This document shows positions 9,047 through 16,725 of a stretch of 16,725 bases of DNA, piece by piece. Below the pieces are notes generated by a model, which was given only the letters and a program-made list of their open reading frames with translations, ran no database searches and was not told the origin of the DNA. The stretch is from a virus. Lineage: Duplodnaviria; Heunggongvirae; Uroviricota; Caudoviricetes. Location: the IMG/VR virus record IMGVR_UViG_638341082_000006; one strand, 5' to 3'. Numbering within the stretch: the first letter of the stretch is position 1; each line of letters begins with the position of its first letter. A program made the position numbers and the translations under genes.

Positions 9047-9501
9047 TACGCCTCCTGCTTGTCGCGCAGCAGCTGGAACTCGCAGCTCTGCGGAATAGTC
9101 AGGTGGCAGCCAATATTCATCGCCCAGGCTTCAACCTTACACAGGAAGACATACATCTCTCCGGTATCAAGATTGGAGGTATGACGTAATGACTGAATGG
9201 TGGTGATTTCACCGGTTACGACATCAACCAGTTCTTTGGTTTCATAACCGAGATAAGTGTGTTTGAGAGCATCTTTTACCCAAGCTGGAGTGGCGAACGT
9301 TTTACCCCTGCTGATGAGGTATTCACTGATTTCGCTGTACCACATGTGGCTGAGTGCATTCTGGGAAAGACTGCGTCTCTCGCGCCACGGTTTAAGCACC
9401 ATGCGAAAGCATTTGCCGTCCTCCAGATAAGGCTGGATCTGCCGACCGATAGCGGTGAAGTTACCGCGATGCAATTTGATACCATCTTGTGGGAGGTTCA
9501 C
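9046..9501 (-). CDS. ybcN: NinB-like recombination / DNA base-flipping protein YbcN, 151 aa
   Basis: [54 protein letters not shown]... ; GTG start with GGAGG RBS. Confidence 0.9.
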   Translation of the reverse strand: MNLPQDGIKLHRGNFTAIGRQIQPYLEDGKCFRMVLKPWRERRSLSQNALSHMWYSEISEYLISRGKTFATPAWVKDALKHTYLGYETKELVDVVTGEITTIQSLRHTSNLDTGEMYVFLCKVEAWAMNIGCHLTIPQSCEFQLLRDKQEA

Positions 9502-9693
9502 GCTTCACCTCCGCAGAGATCAAACGCTGGATGCAAAATATCGCAGGTGCATTTCTGCATCTGTGAATGGAGAAGAGAGGTTGGATTGTATGTGCGCATA
9601 AACGTCCCCGTTTAGCGCAGAAGTCACCGGAGGAGTTCAAACTCCGGTGACTTAATTATGGCAAGTTGATTGTTGAAAATCAATTTAGTGGAT

Positions 9694-10476
9694 TTAGGCG
9701 CAATACAAAGGATCATTAGCAGCTCTAATACCGCCCTGAATCGCAAGCCCTGTATGGCAATTTGACATTGAGCATGATTGCCATCTGTGCAAGGGACCTC
9801 CATTAATCGAAACTTCCAGCAGATCTTTATCTCCTTTCATCCTGACCCCTTCATACAACATATCAAGACGCTCAACAATCAATCCTGTTGGAGGTTCCAT
9901 TTTTAGAACGAGGGCAAACTCTCCTGGCCCACGTCGTATTGTTATACGCGGGCCGGTACACTCCACATCCCAATTGTCTGATTTAGCTTTCCATTCATTT
10001 TCATCTATCAGTAAAGTCTCCTTACCAATAGAATTACAGAAAATTCCTGATAAAAGCATCGGTCCATGTGGTATGGGTGAAGGTTTCACAGAAAGAATGG
10101 GTTGTTCGTTGACTACAATCAAATTTTGACAGTTATGAAACGTCACTCCTGCAAATTTTACTGTTATAGGCTCATTATGAAAATCAAACATTTCATTTGC
10201 AAAACCAGCCTGTAAGCACTTGGGATTTCTGTCAGCTATTTCCACTGTCTGTGCTGAAAGTCTACCACGAGCTCTTTTTTGATTGCATTGGGAGCAAAGA
10301 AGTGTCATTCCATTCGGATCATGTATTTTGGCATCAACGAAGTCAGGTTTAAAATGCTCATAATCATAAAATCCAAATCCACAAATTACACAGCCAAAGC
10401 CGCACCTTTGCCTTATCTGACGTTTTATTGTCTCAGGTATTCTTCTTGAGAGCCCGTGTTTATTAATATTGTCCAT
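9694..10476 (-). CDS. HNH-endonuclease-domain protein with about 190-aa C-terminal domain of unknown function, 260 aa
   Basis: N-terminal motif IPETIKRQIRQRCGFGCVICGF...YDYEHFKP...PNGMTLLCSQCNQKR (CxxC...H...N...CxxCN, typical HNH); ATG start; about 40 percent GC, lower than flanking phage genes. Confidence 0.75.
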   Translation of the reverse strand: MDNINKHGLSRRIPETIKRQIRQRCGFGCVICGFGFYDYEHFKPDFVDAKIHDPNGMTLLCSQCNQKRARGRLSAQTVEIADRNPKCLQAGFANEMFDFHNEPITVKFAGVTFHNCQNLIVVNEQPILSVKPSPIPHGPMLLSGIFCNSIGKETLLIDENEWKAKSDNWDVECTGPRITIRRGPGEFALVLKMEPPTGLIVERLDMLYEGVRMKGDKDLLEVSINGGPLHRWQSCSMSNCHTGLAIQGGIRAANDPLYCA

Positions 10477-10650
10477 ATGGTTAGTACGCTATAAGTTTGT
10501 TTCTATAATTTTACCACAATAGATAAGTTTGTATCAGAAATCGCTATATGGAGTGAGCGGAATATTTATATTATTCATGCAATTGCTCTCCCGTACGCAG
10601 CCCGCACTTCCGTCATCGCAGAATGACGGAAGCCTTACTAACTAGCGCCT

Positions 10651-10974
10651 TTATTGAAACAGATTCTGAGGTAAATGCGGCAATACTTGACTCCACTTAT
10701 CATCCTGCCACGGCTGAAGTTTTACATGTGCCGTTTCTCGGGCGAGGATTGCTCGCGCTCTGTTGAGTCTCTGGGGATATTCTTGCTCGATGGAAGTGAA
10801 GTGACCAGCCTCACCATGCTCCGCATCCTGAAGAAGATGAGTAACGTTCTGGTAGGCAATTAACATCACATTCCCTGCTCGCCATAACCAGGCGAGTGTG
10901 CAAAGTTCGTTATCAGTGAATTGTTTTGTGATTGGGAATTGTTGAACTGCTAGAACGGGAACGCCAGCATCCAT
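10651..10974 (-). CDS. hypothetical protein, 107 aa
   Basis: ORF track; ATG start preceded by in-frame TAG five codons upstream, so the start is well bounded; weak SD; no recognisable motif. Confidence 0.4.
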   Translation of the reverse strand: MDAGVPVLAVQQFPITKQFTDNELCTLAWLWRAGNVMLIAYQNVTHLLQDAEHGEAGHFTSIEQEYPQRLNRARAILARETAHVKLQPWQDDKWSQVLPHLPQNLFQ

Positions 10975-11085
10975 TGGCAGTCCCTATAGTAAAACCATAG
11001 CTCAGGACGCTTCGTTCAGGATAGATACTTTTATTGTACTTACCTAACTTTCTTACTATAGCACGGTTGGAAAAGTGATTATTAC

Positions 11086-12612
11086 TCAAAAATAAACCTC
11101 ACCATCAACCATATATTTGAGAGTACTTATCGCCTGCTGGGCGGATATTGTTTTCATTAAAGGATAGTGTTTAAAAACAATGCCATTCATAAAATAGATA
11201 TCACAGGTTTTATTATCTGTATTGATTATGATTTTTTCGAATGTTTTATAGGCAAGTGTACGACATAGCTCTCGCCCATTTTTACTGGTTAAGTCAATAG
11301 CATGAAAATCACCAAGTGAACTCACCGCTTTACTCTTCAAAGTTTTTAATGATACCGAAGCCCTTCGTAATTCTTTATCTAATACTCTGATTTTTTCTGC
11401 TATAGCGGTAACTTCAGGCGCAACAGATAATGCAGCAATTAAATTATTAATTTTCATCTGGAGCTCAATAATTTTCAACTCTAAAGTTTCATTAGCATCT
11501 TTCTTGTTTTCAACTGGTTGGATTTTACTACAATTAAAAAGCAACTCATTAATGATATTATAATCAACCAAATCTCTCTTTATTGATGGCCTGTCACATC
11601 GATGCAGTCTTCTCATCGGACAAACATAATAGCCATGCAAACTTCCAGATACCGCATGAACAATCATGGTATTACCACAAGCCTCGCACTTCATAACTGT
11701 TCGAAGTAGATTTATCAACATAGGATTTTTGCTACTATTGCTAATACCAAAAGGTGCCAACCGAATTTCCTGCACAGCGTAAAACAAATCATCTGATATG
11801 ACTCTGGGATAATAGCCAGCGATTTCACTTATTCCTTTACCTCTTGCACGATATGAAGGTACGCATATACCTATCAGAGCTTTATTCGCTAATAATTTTT
11901 CAATTACAGAAGGCCCCCATGCACTTTCTTTGCCTGAGAAATTTTTTACAGCATGATCATTTAAATACTTGGCTATTGCATTCAATGATCGCCTTTCCAT
12001 CCTGAGTTTAAAAATTAGCTCAATCGTTTTCACCCTGTCGGGGTCTGGAATAAAAGCTGTTCTTTTGTCATCCAATGAGAGCCATCTCGGACAAGACGCC
12101 GTCATAATCGTGCCTGACTCCAGTGCATCCTGCCGTTTTTTCTTCCATGATAATTTAACCCGACTTGACTTTATCTCGCTTTCTTCATTTGCCCTTTGTG
12201 CTATAAGTATGGCTTTTATTAATGAATATGGATCATTCAAAGAGTCAATATTATAGACTGTATTATCGCAAAGAGTTATAACATCAATACCGTGATTCAA
12301 AATCAATTTCAGACGCTCAATCGCTTCACCGACTTTTTCTCTTGAAAGTCTGTCCAAACTTTCAACTAACAATGTAGTTCCTGGCAATATATAACCATGC
12401 TCTATAGCATCTAAAAATTCCGAAAAAGCTCCTGATTGTGCATGCTTTCCTTTGAATGCACTTAATCCTAAATCTTCATATGTTATGGTATCAAGATAAT
12501 AATCACTATTTACCTTTAACCATTCAGCAATAAGTCTTCTCTGTCGGTTCAATGAGTCGCCAGACATCTGACCTGGTGATGAAAATCGCATATATGCTAT
12601 GGCTTTTTTCAT
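11086..12612 (-). CDS. ybcK: large serine recombinase (resolvase/invertase-type catalytic domain plus recombinase and zinc-ribbon regions), 508 aa
   Basis: N-terminal AIAYMRFSSPGQ...NRQ serine-recombinase catalytic motif; C-terminal Cys cluster CEACGN...YYVCPMRRLHRC and coiled coil; matches recalled YbcK length; about 34 percent GC. Confidence 0.9.
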   Translation of the reverse strand: MKKAIAYMRFSSPGQMSGDSLNRQRRLIAEWLKVNSDYYLDTITYEDLGLSAFKGKHAQSGAFSEFLDAIEHGYILPGTTLLVESLDRLSREKVGEAIERLKLILNHGIDVITLCDNTVYNIDSLNDPYSLIKAILIAQRANEESEIKSSRVKLSWKKKRQDALESGTIMTASCPRWLSLDDKRTAFIPDPDRVKTIELIFKLRMERRSLNAIAKYLNDHAVKNFSGKESAWGPSVIEKLLANKALIGICVPSYRARGKGISEIAGYYPRVISDDLFYAVQEIRLAPFGISNSSKNPMLINLLRTVMKCEACGNTMIVHAVSGSLHGYYVCPMRRLHRCDRPSIKRDLVDYNIINELLFNCSKIQPVENKKDANETLELKIIELQMKINNLIAALSVAPEVTAIAEKIRVLDKELRRASVSLKTLKSKAVSSLGDFHAIDLTSKNGRELCRTLAYKTFEKIIINTDNKTCDIYFMNGIVFKHYPLMKTISAQQAISTLKYMVDGEVYF

Positions 12613-12867
12613 GGTGACACCTGCTAACGTATGCTTTTATAAACCTTAGTGGTGGGATATAACTTTTGTTTAATTTTTATTTAAAAAGACAATTAAGGTC
12701 ACATTATCTTGAATATACAACAATAATCGTATTGCAATTTTCTCACGCCATAATCTTGAAAGCACAAAAGAATACATAAAAAATAAAGACATTAACAAAA
12801 AGCATAAAACGAGGCTCATATAAATATAAGAGCCTCCATATTTTAGTCGTTTAAAAACAAATTATTT

Positions 12868-13200
12868 TTAATGTGGTGTGCTTCGTGACAATAAATTAAT
12901 AACCAACACACCGGCACAAATCAACATCATGCCTATAATGGCTGGCAGGTCCAGCCGTTGGCCGAAAAATCCCCATGACAGTAAGCTAATCAGGACAATA
13001 CCGACTCCTGACCAGATAGCATAAGCAATCCCTGTAGGAATATAAGCCAGCGTCTGAGCTAATAACCAGAATGATGCACAATAACAAATAATTGTACCAA
13101 CAGATGGCCATAACCGTGTAAAACCTTCTGAAAACTTCATTAAGGTTGTACCAATGACCTCTGCAAGTATTGCACCACCAAGATAAATATAAGGGTTCAT
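12868..13200 (-). CDS. emrE: small multidrug resistance efflux transporter EmrE, 110 aa
   Basis: Start moved to ATG at 13200: MNPYIYLGGAILAEVIGTTLMKFSEGF... with conserved Glu14 in TM1; near-identical to recalled EmrE. Confidence 0.95.
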   Translation of the reverse strand: MNPYIYLGGAILAEVIGTTLMKFSEGFTRLWPSVGTIICYCASFWLLAQTLAYIPTGIAYAIWSGVGIVLISLLSWGFFGQRLDLPAIIGMMLICAGVLVINLLSRSTPH

Positions 13201-13267
13201 AGCATATTCTTTCCTGTTCAAACTGGAGAGAATTGTACTACAGTTTGAAATCAACTCACCTGTTTCA

Positions 13268-13570
13268 TCATTGTGTACCCATTGATGTTCTTTTATATAC
13301 CCTCAATACGCGTTTCATCGCGGCACTCTGGCGACACTCCTTAAAAATCAGATTCGTGCTCACCTTTCCTTCCCGTTCTTCTCTGGTAGCGAACCGGTAA
13401 TACACCGTTCGCCAGACCTTACCATCAACGACCAGGATTCCTGCCCGCGCCATTTTAGCCGCAGCCTGATTTATGCTGGTTACGGTTGCGCCTGTTACCG
13501 CGGCAACGTCCTGTGCACAGAAGCTCTTATGCGTCCCCAGGTAATGAATAATTGCCTCTTTGCCCGTCAT
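13268..13570 (-). CDS. renD: Ren exclusion protein homologue, 100 aa, apparently intact
   Basis: MTGKEAIIHYLGTHKSFCAQDVAAVTGATVTSINQAAAKMARAG... closely matches recalled lambda Ren; ATG overlaps P stop. Confidence 0.9.
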   Translation of the reverse strand: MTGKEAIIHYLGTHKSFCAQDVAAVTGATVTSINQAAAKMARAGILVVDGKVWRTVYYRFATREEREGKVSTNLIFKECRQSAAMKRVLRVYKRTSMGTQ

Positions 13571-14268
13571 ACACTTGCTCCTTTCAGTCCGAACTTAGCT
13601 TTAATTTCTGCGATCTTCGCCAGAGCCTGTGCACGATTTAGAGGTCTACCGCCCATAACAGGAAGTTGTTTTACTGGTTCAGGTATCGTCTCACCACGGT
13701 TAATTCGCGCTGTCATACAGGTCAGTTCATCGGCAGCCTTGCGCCGTAATTCCGCGTCAGTCAGCGCATTGGCCCGCATGTTCTGGTACAAGTTGGTAAC
13801 CAACCAGTAATGCGCGTTCGATTTCCACGGATAAGACTCTGCATCCGGATACAGGCCACGCTTCCGGCAATACTCGTAAACCATATCAACCAGCTCGCTG
13901 ACGTTTGGCAGCCCGGCGTTAACAGATGCTTCTTCCCGGCACCAGGCGACAAACTGCCCGGGTGATGGCAGGAATGGTCGATTCTGCCGACGGGCTACGC
14001 GCATTCCAGCGTTAACCTGTTCCATTGTGGTGATCCCGTTTTCCCGGAAAGCCAGAACCCACTGGCGGCGGATTTCGTTCAGTTCATTCTGGTCACGGTT
14101 AGCCAGGCTCGCCGGGAAAGTTGCCAGTAACTGGCTGAACACACCGTTGATGATCTGCGCTACCTGCTGTACCTGTGGCTTTTCGTCGTACTGTTCCGGC
14201 ATGTTGTTGGCGATCCGGCGCATCTGCTCACAGTCAAAGTTAACCATCTGTGCGGCGATGTTTTTCAT
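13567..14268 (-). CDS. P: replication protein P (DnaB helicase loader), lambda P family, 233 aa
   Basis: MKNIAAQMVNFDCEQMRRIANNMPEQYDEKPQVQQVAQIING... near-identical to recalled lambda P over its full length; ATG overlaps O stop. Confidence 0.95.
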   Translation of the reverse strand: MKNIAAQMVNFDCEQMRRIANNMPEQYDEKPQVQQVAQIINGVFSQLLATFPASLANRDQNELNEIRRQWVLAFRENGITTMEQVNAGMRVARRQNRPFLPSPGQFVAWCREEASVNAGLPNVSELVDMVYEYCRKRGLYPDAESYPWKSNAHYWLVTNLYQNMRANALTDAELRRKAADELTCMTARINRGETIPEPVKQLPVMGGRPLNRAQALAKIAEIKAKFGLKGASV

Positions 14269-15167
14269 AGCTCCACCCCGTAAATCCAGTCAGTGTTCGT
14301 CAGGTCGAGTTTTGGTTTGCCGGCTATCACGCCAGCCTGTTGCTTGTTTCGGTTGATTTCGAGCTGGGTCCACTTGTCGCGGAGTTTGGCCGGACTTAGC
14401 ACGTTACCGGACCAGAAGTTGTCCTGGCATGCCCAGCGGAACAGCACACACATGTCGCGGTGGTTACGTCCGTCACGTTCACGCATCAGGCGGATATCGT
14501 TAGCCCACCCTGCAAAATTCGGTTTTCTGGCTGATGGCGCGATGGTCTTCACCATGTCAAACATCCACTCTGCGGCGGTCAGGTCTTCTGCTGTCCCCCA
14601 CTTGCTGCCGCTCTGAATTGCAGCATCCGGTTTCACCACAGGAAGATCGTTTTCTGGTTGGTCAGAGGATTCGCCAGAATTCTCGGACGAAAAAGGTTTT
14701 ATATTGTCTTTTGTTAGTTTGTCTTTTGTGTTTACCTGATTCGGGTAAACGCCTTTACCTGATTTGGGTAAACTTTTTTTACCTGATTCAGGTAAATTTA
14801 CCTCTTTCAGGTAAACTTTATTTTTCTTACCTGATTCGGGTAATGTTGACCATTCACTGACCACATTATTAATGCCGGTATTCCGCCCGCTCTGAATAAA
14901 AATCCCACGCTTTACCAGAACACTTTTTGCAGCAGAACACTTGTGCGGCAATATCCCGGTTAATTCGGAAAGTTGCTCGTTGCTAACCCAATCCAGTTTT
15001 TTATTAAAGCCATATGTTTTGCGCATGACAGCCAGAAAGACCAGAAGCTGGTGCTGTGTTAATCCGGCCAACTGAGGTGTAAAAATGTTCAGAATCATTT
15101 TGCCTAACACCTGGTACGTCGACCACCACGGCACTCCCTGCAAAATCCTGCGTTCTACCCACAACAA
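14265..15167 (-). CDS. O: replication initiator O family protein containing ori iterons; start uncertain (track starts at TTG; alternative ATG about 69 nt downstream giving MILNIF...)
   Basis: C-terminal ...FRWACQDNFWSGNVLSPAKLRDKWTQLEINRNKQQAGVIAGKPKLDLTNTDWIYGVEL matches lambda O C-terminus; N-terminal DNA-binding part differs from lambda. Confidence 0.85.
   Translation of the reverse strand: MLWVERRILQGVPWWSTYQVLGKMILNIFTPQLAGLTQHQLLVFLAVMRKTYGFNKKLDWVSNEQLSELTGILPHKCSAAKSVLVKRGIFIQSGRNTGINNVVSEWSTLPESGKKNKVYLKEVNLPESGKKSLPKSGKGVYPNQVNTKDKLTKDNIKPFSSENSGESSDQPENDLPVVKPDAAIQSGSKWGTAEDLTAAEWMFDMVKTIAPSARKPNFAGWANDIRLMRERDGRNHRDMCVLFRWACQDNFWSGNVLSPAKLRDKWTQLEINRNKQQAGVIAGKPKLDLTNTDWIYGVEL
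14733..14845. repeat. replication origin iterons: five copies of an 18-bp repeat TACCTGATTCGGGTAAAC inside the O gene, next to an AT-rich stretch (about 14690..14732)
   Basis: Copies at about 14733, 14756, 14780, 14799 and 14828 with 1-3 mismatches each; arrangement mirrors lambda ori (iterons inside O followed by AT-rich region). Confidence 0.75.
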
Positions 15168-15334
15168 AGTTCACTACATCCGAAAAGGCAGAACATGTAT
15201 CGCCAGCATGTTCCGCTTTAATCATGACTTTGAACCTGTGAATAAAGCTGATGCAGATCGGATAGCAGAAGAGATCGAAACGGCAGAACACATTAAGAAG
15301 TTACGTGACATGCGTTCAAAAAGCAGAGGTAACC

Positions 15335-15706
15335 ATGGAATCATACAGCCTCACACTCGATGAGGCCTGTCAGTTTCTTAAGATATCCAGACCAACCGCC
15401 ACCAACTGGATACGAACAGGCCGCCTACAGGCAACACGTAAAGATCCAACCAAGCCAAAATCTCCTTACCTCACAACACGGCAAGCCTGCATTGCGGCGC
15501 TTCAGTCTCCGCTGCATACTGTCCAGGTGAGCGCGGGTGATGGCATAACAGAGGAAAGAAAATGTCACTCTTCCGCAGAAATGAAATATGGTATGCCTCG
15601 TATTCGCTCCCGGGCGGGAAACGAATTAAGGAATCTCTTGGCACAAAGGACAAGCGGCAAGCTCAGGAGTTGCACGACAAGCGAAAAGCAGAACTCTGGC
15701 GAGTAG
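15335..15706 (+). CDS. xisD: excisionase-like DNA-binding protein, 123 aa from the ATG, overlapping the int start by 145 nt
   Basis: [36 protein letters not shown]... helix-turn-helix excisionase-like N-terminus directly upstream of int; track ORF starts at upstream GTG. Confidence 0.6.
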   Translation: MESYSLTLDEACQFLKISRPTATNWIRTGRLQATRKDPTKPKSPYLTTRQACIAALQSPLHTVQVSAGDGITEERKCHSSAEMKYGMPRIRSRAGNELRNLLAQRTSGKLRSCTTSEKQNSGE

Positions 15707-16725
15707 AAAAGCTAGGGGATTTACCTGATGTCACTTTTGAAGAGGCCTGCCTAAGATGGCTTGAGGAAAAAGCTGATAAAAAATCTCTCGATTCAGATAA
15801 AAGCCGGATTGAGTTCTGGCTTGAACATTTTGAGGGTATAAGGCTTAAAGATATCTCGGAGGCAAAGATTTACTCTGCTGTAAGCAGAATGCATAACAGA
15901 AAGACGAAAGAAATATGGAAACAGAAAGTTCAGGCCGCCATCAGGAAAGGTAAAGAACCGCCTGTTTATGAACCAAAGCCAGTATCAACTCAGACAAAGG
16001 CAAAGCATCTTGCCATGATAAAGGCCATTCTCCGTGCTGCAGAACGCGACTGGAAGTGGCTGGAAAAAGCGCCTGTCATCAAGATACCAGCGGTCAGAAA
16101 CAAGCGAGTCAGATGGCTGGAAAAGGAGGAAGCAAAACGCCTTATTGATGAGTGCCCCGAACCACTGAAATCTGTCGTCAAGTTTGCGCTGGCAACTGGT
16201 CTGAGAAAGTCGAACATCATAAATCTGGAATGGCAACAAATCGACATGCAGCGACGAGTTGCCTGGGTGAATCCAGAAGAGAGCAAATCAAACCGCGCCA
16301 TTGGTGTGGCGCTGAACGATACCGCCTGTAAAGTGTTGCGTGATCAAATAGGCAAGCATCACAAATGGGTGTTTGTACATACCAAGGCGGCTAAGCGAGC
16401 AGATGGAACATCAACGCCTGCGGTCAGGAAGATGCGCATCGACAGCAAGACATCATGGCTATCAGCTTGTCGTCGTGCAGGAATTGAAGATTTCCGTTTC
16501 CATGACCTCAGACACACCTGGGCAAGCTGGCTGATTCAGTCAGGCGTCCCATTATCAGTGCTTCAGGAAATGGGCGGATGGGAGTCCATAGAAATGGTTC
16601 GTAGGTATGCTCACCTTGCGCCTAATCATTTGACAGAGCATGCGAGGAAAATAGACGACATTTTTGGTGATAATGTCCCAAATATGTCCCACTCTGGAAT
16701 TATGGAGGATATAAAGAAGGCGTAA
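15562..16725 (+). CDS. intD: tyrosine integrase, P22/DLP12 type, 387 aa
   Basis: [34 protein letters not shown]... with C-terminal catalytic motifs [11 protein letters not shown]...VRRYAHL; GAGGAAAG RBS; window ends at its stop codon. Confidence 0.95.
   Translation: MSLFRRNEIWYASYSLPGGKRIKESLGTKDKRQAQELHDKRKAELWRVEKLGDLPDVTFEEACLRWLEEKADKKSLDSDKSRIEFWLEHFEGIRLKDISEAKIYSAVSRMHNRKTKEIWKQKVQAAIRKGKEPPVYEPKPVSTQTKAKHLAMIKAILRAAERDWKWLEKAPVIKIPAVRNKRVRWLEKEEAKRLIDECPEPLKSVVKFALATGLRKSNIINLEWQQIDMQRRVAWVNPEESKSNRAIGVALNDTACKVLRDQIGKHHKWVFVHTKAAKRADGTSTPAVRKMRIDSKTSWLSACRRAGIEDFRFHDLRHTWASWLIQSGVPLSVLQEMGGWESIEMVRRYAHLAPNHLTEHARKIDDIFGDNVPNMSHSGIMEDIKKA

Noticed and set aside
8078-9615. Plus-strand ORFs 8078..8575, 8349..8546, 8631..8885, 8686..9024, 8690..9184, 9259..9615 and minus ORF 9276..9485
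   Set aside because: All lie antisense to or nested in the tightly packed, translationally coupled nin genes (ylcG, rusA, ybcO, ninE, ybcN), which match known proteins.
10675-12256. ORFs 10675..10863 (+) and 11969..12256 (+)
   Set aside because: Antisense to the 107-aa ORF and to ybcK respectively; short, with no motif support.
14733-14845. Possible CRISPR array
   Set aside because: The repeats are 18 bp, immediately adjacent with variable short spacing, and lie inside the O gene next to an AT-rich stretch: an ori iteron array, not repeat-spacer architecture.
13529-14860. ORFs 13529..13810 (+), 13761..13952 (-), 14027..14356 (+), 14293..14616 (+), 14534..14860 (+)
   Set aside because: Antisense to or nested in the P and O genes, which match lambda proteins over their length.
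15004-15363. ORFs 15004..15291 (-) and 15085..15363 (+) at the xis-O junction
   Set aside because: They overlap each other and the O 5' region, start at alternative codons and have no recognisable similarity; more likely remnant sequence at a deletion junction. Left as unresolved rather than called.
15471-16301. Minus-strand ORFs 15471..15653, 15985..16239, 15990..16301
   Set aside because: Antisense within xis and int coding sequence.
1-16725. tRNA or rRNA genes
   Set aside because: No cloverleaf-like or rRNA-like segment was recognised by eye; the att-side tRNA of DLP12-type prophages would lie beyond the window end. Not tested with a tRNA scanner.

Overview
This window is a defective lambdoid prophage of the E. 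coli DLP12 type, read right-to-left relative to the usual K-12 map, and it ends exactly at the stop codon of a P22/DLP12-type tyrosine integrase. From the right end inward it carries int-xis, a lambda-like replication module (O with ori iterons, P, ren), a cargo block (emrE, the large serine recombinase ybcK, a 107-aa ORF, a 260-aa HNH-nuclease-domain protein), the nin-like block (ybcN, ninE, ybcO, rusA, ylcG, quuD), an intact nmpC porin gene in the opposite orientation, a phage-21-type lysis cassette (essD, rrrD, rzpD with embedded rzoD), borD, a lambda orf64-like gene, a lambda-like cos site and a Nu1-type small terminase gene (nohD). The nohD 3' end is replaced at an apparent deletion junction, and no large terminase or structural genes follow. 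Left of that lie an ISAs1-family (H-repeat) transposase gene and about 1.1 kb of very AT-rich DNA with ORFs broken at A7 homopolymers. The most likely candidate for an undescribed function is the low-GC HNH-domain protein (9694..10476) with the adjacent 107-aa ORF, sitting where K-12 DLP12 carries different cargo; this is a hypothesis from motif and context only. All calls rest on reading the six-frame translations and the sequence by eye and on recalled protein families; no database search was run. The ORF track begins ORFs at alternative start codons, so several starts were moved to the ATG matching the known protein length.
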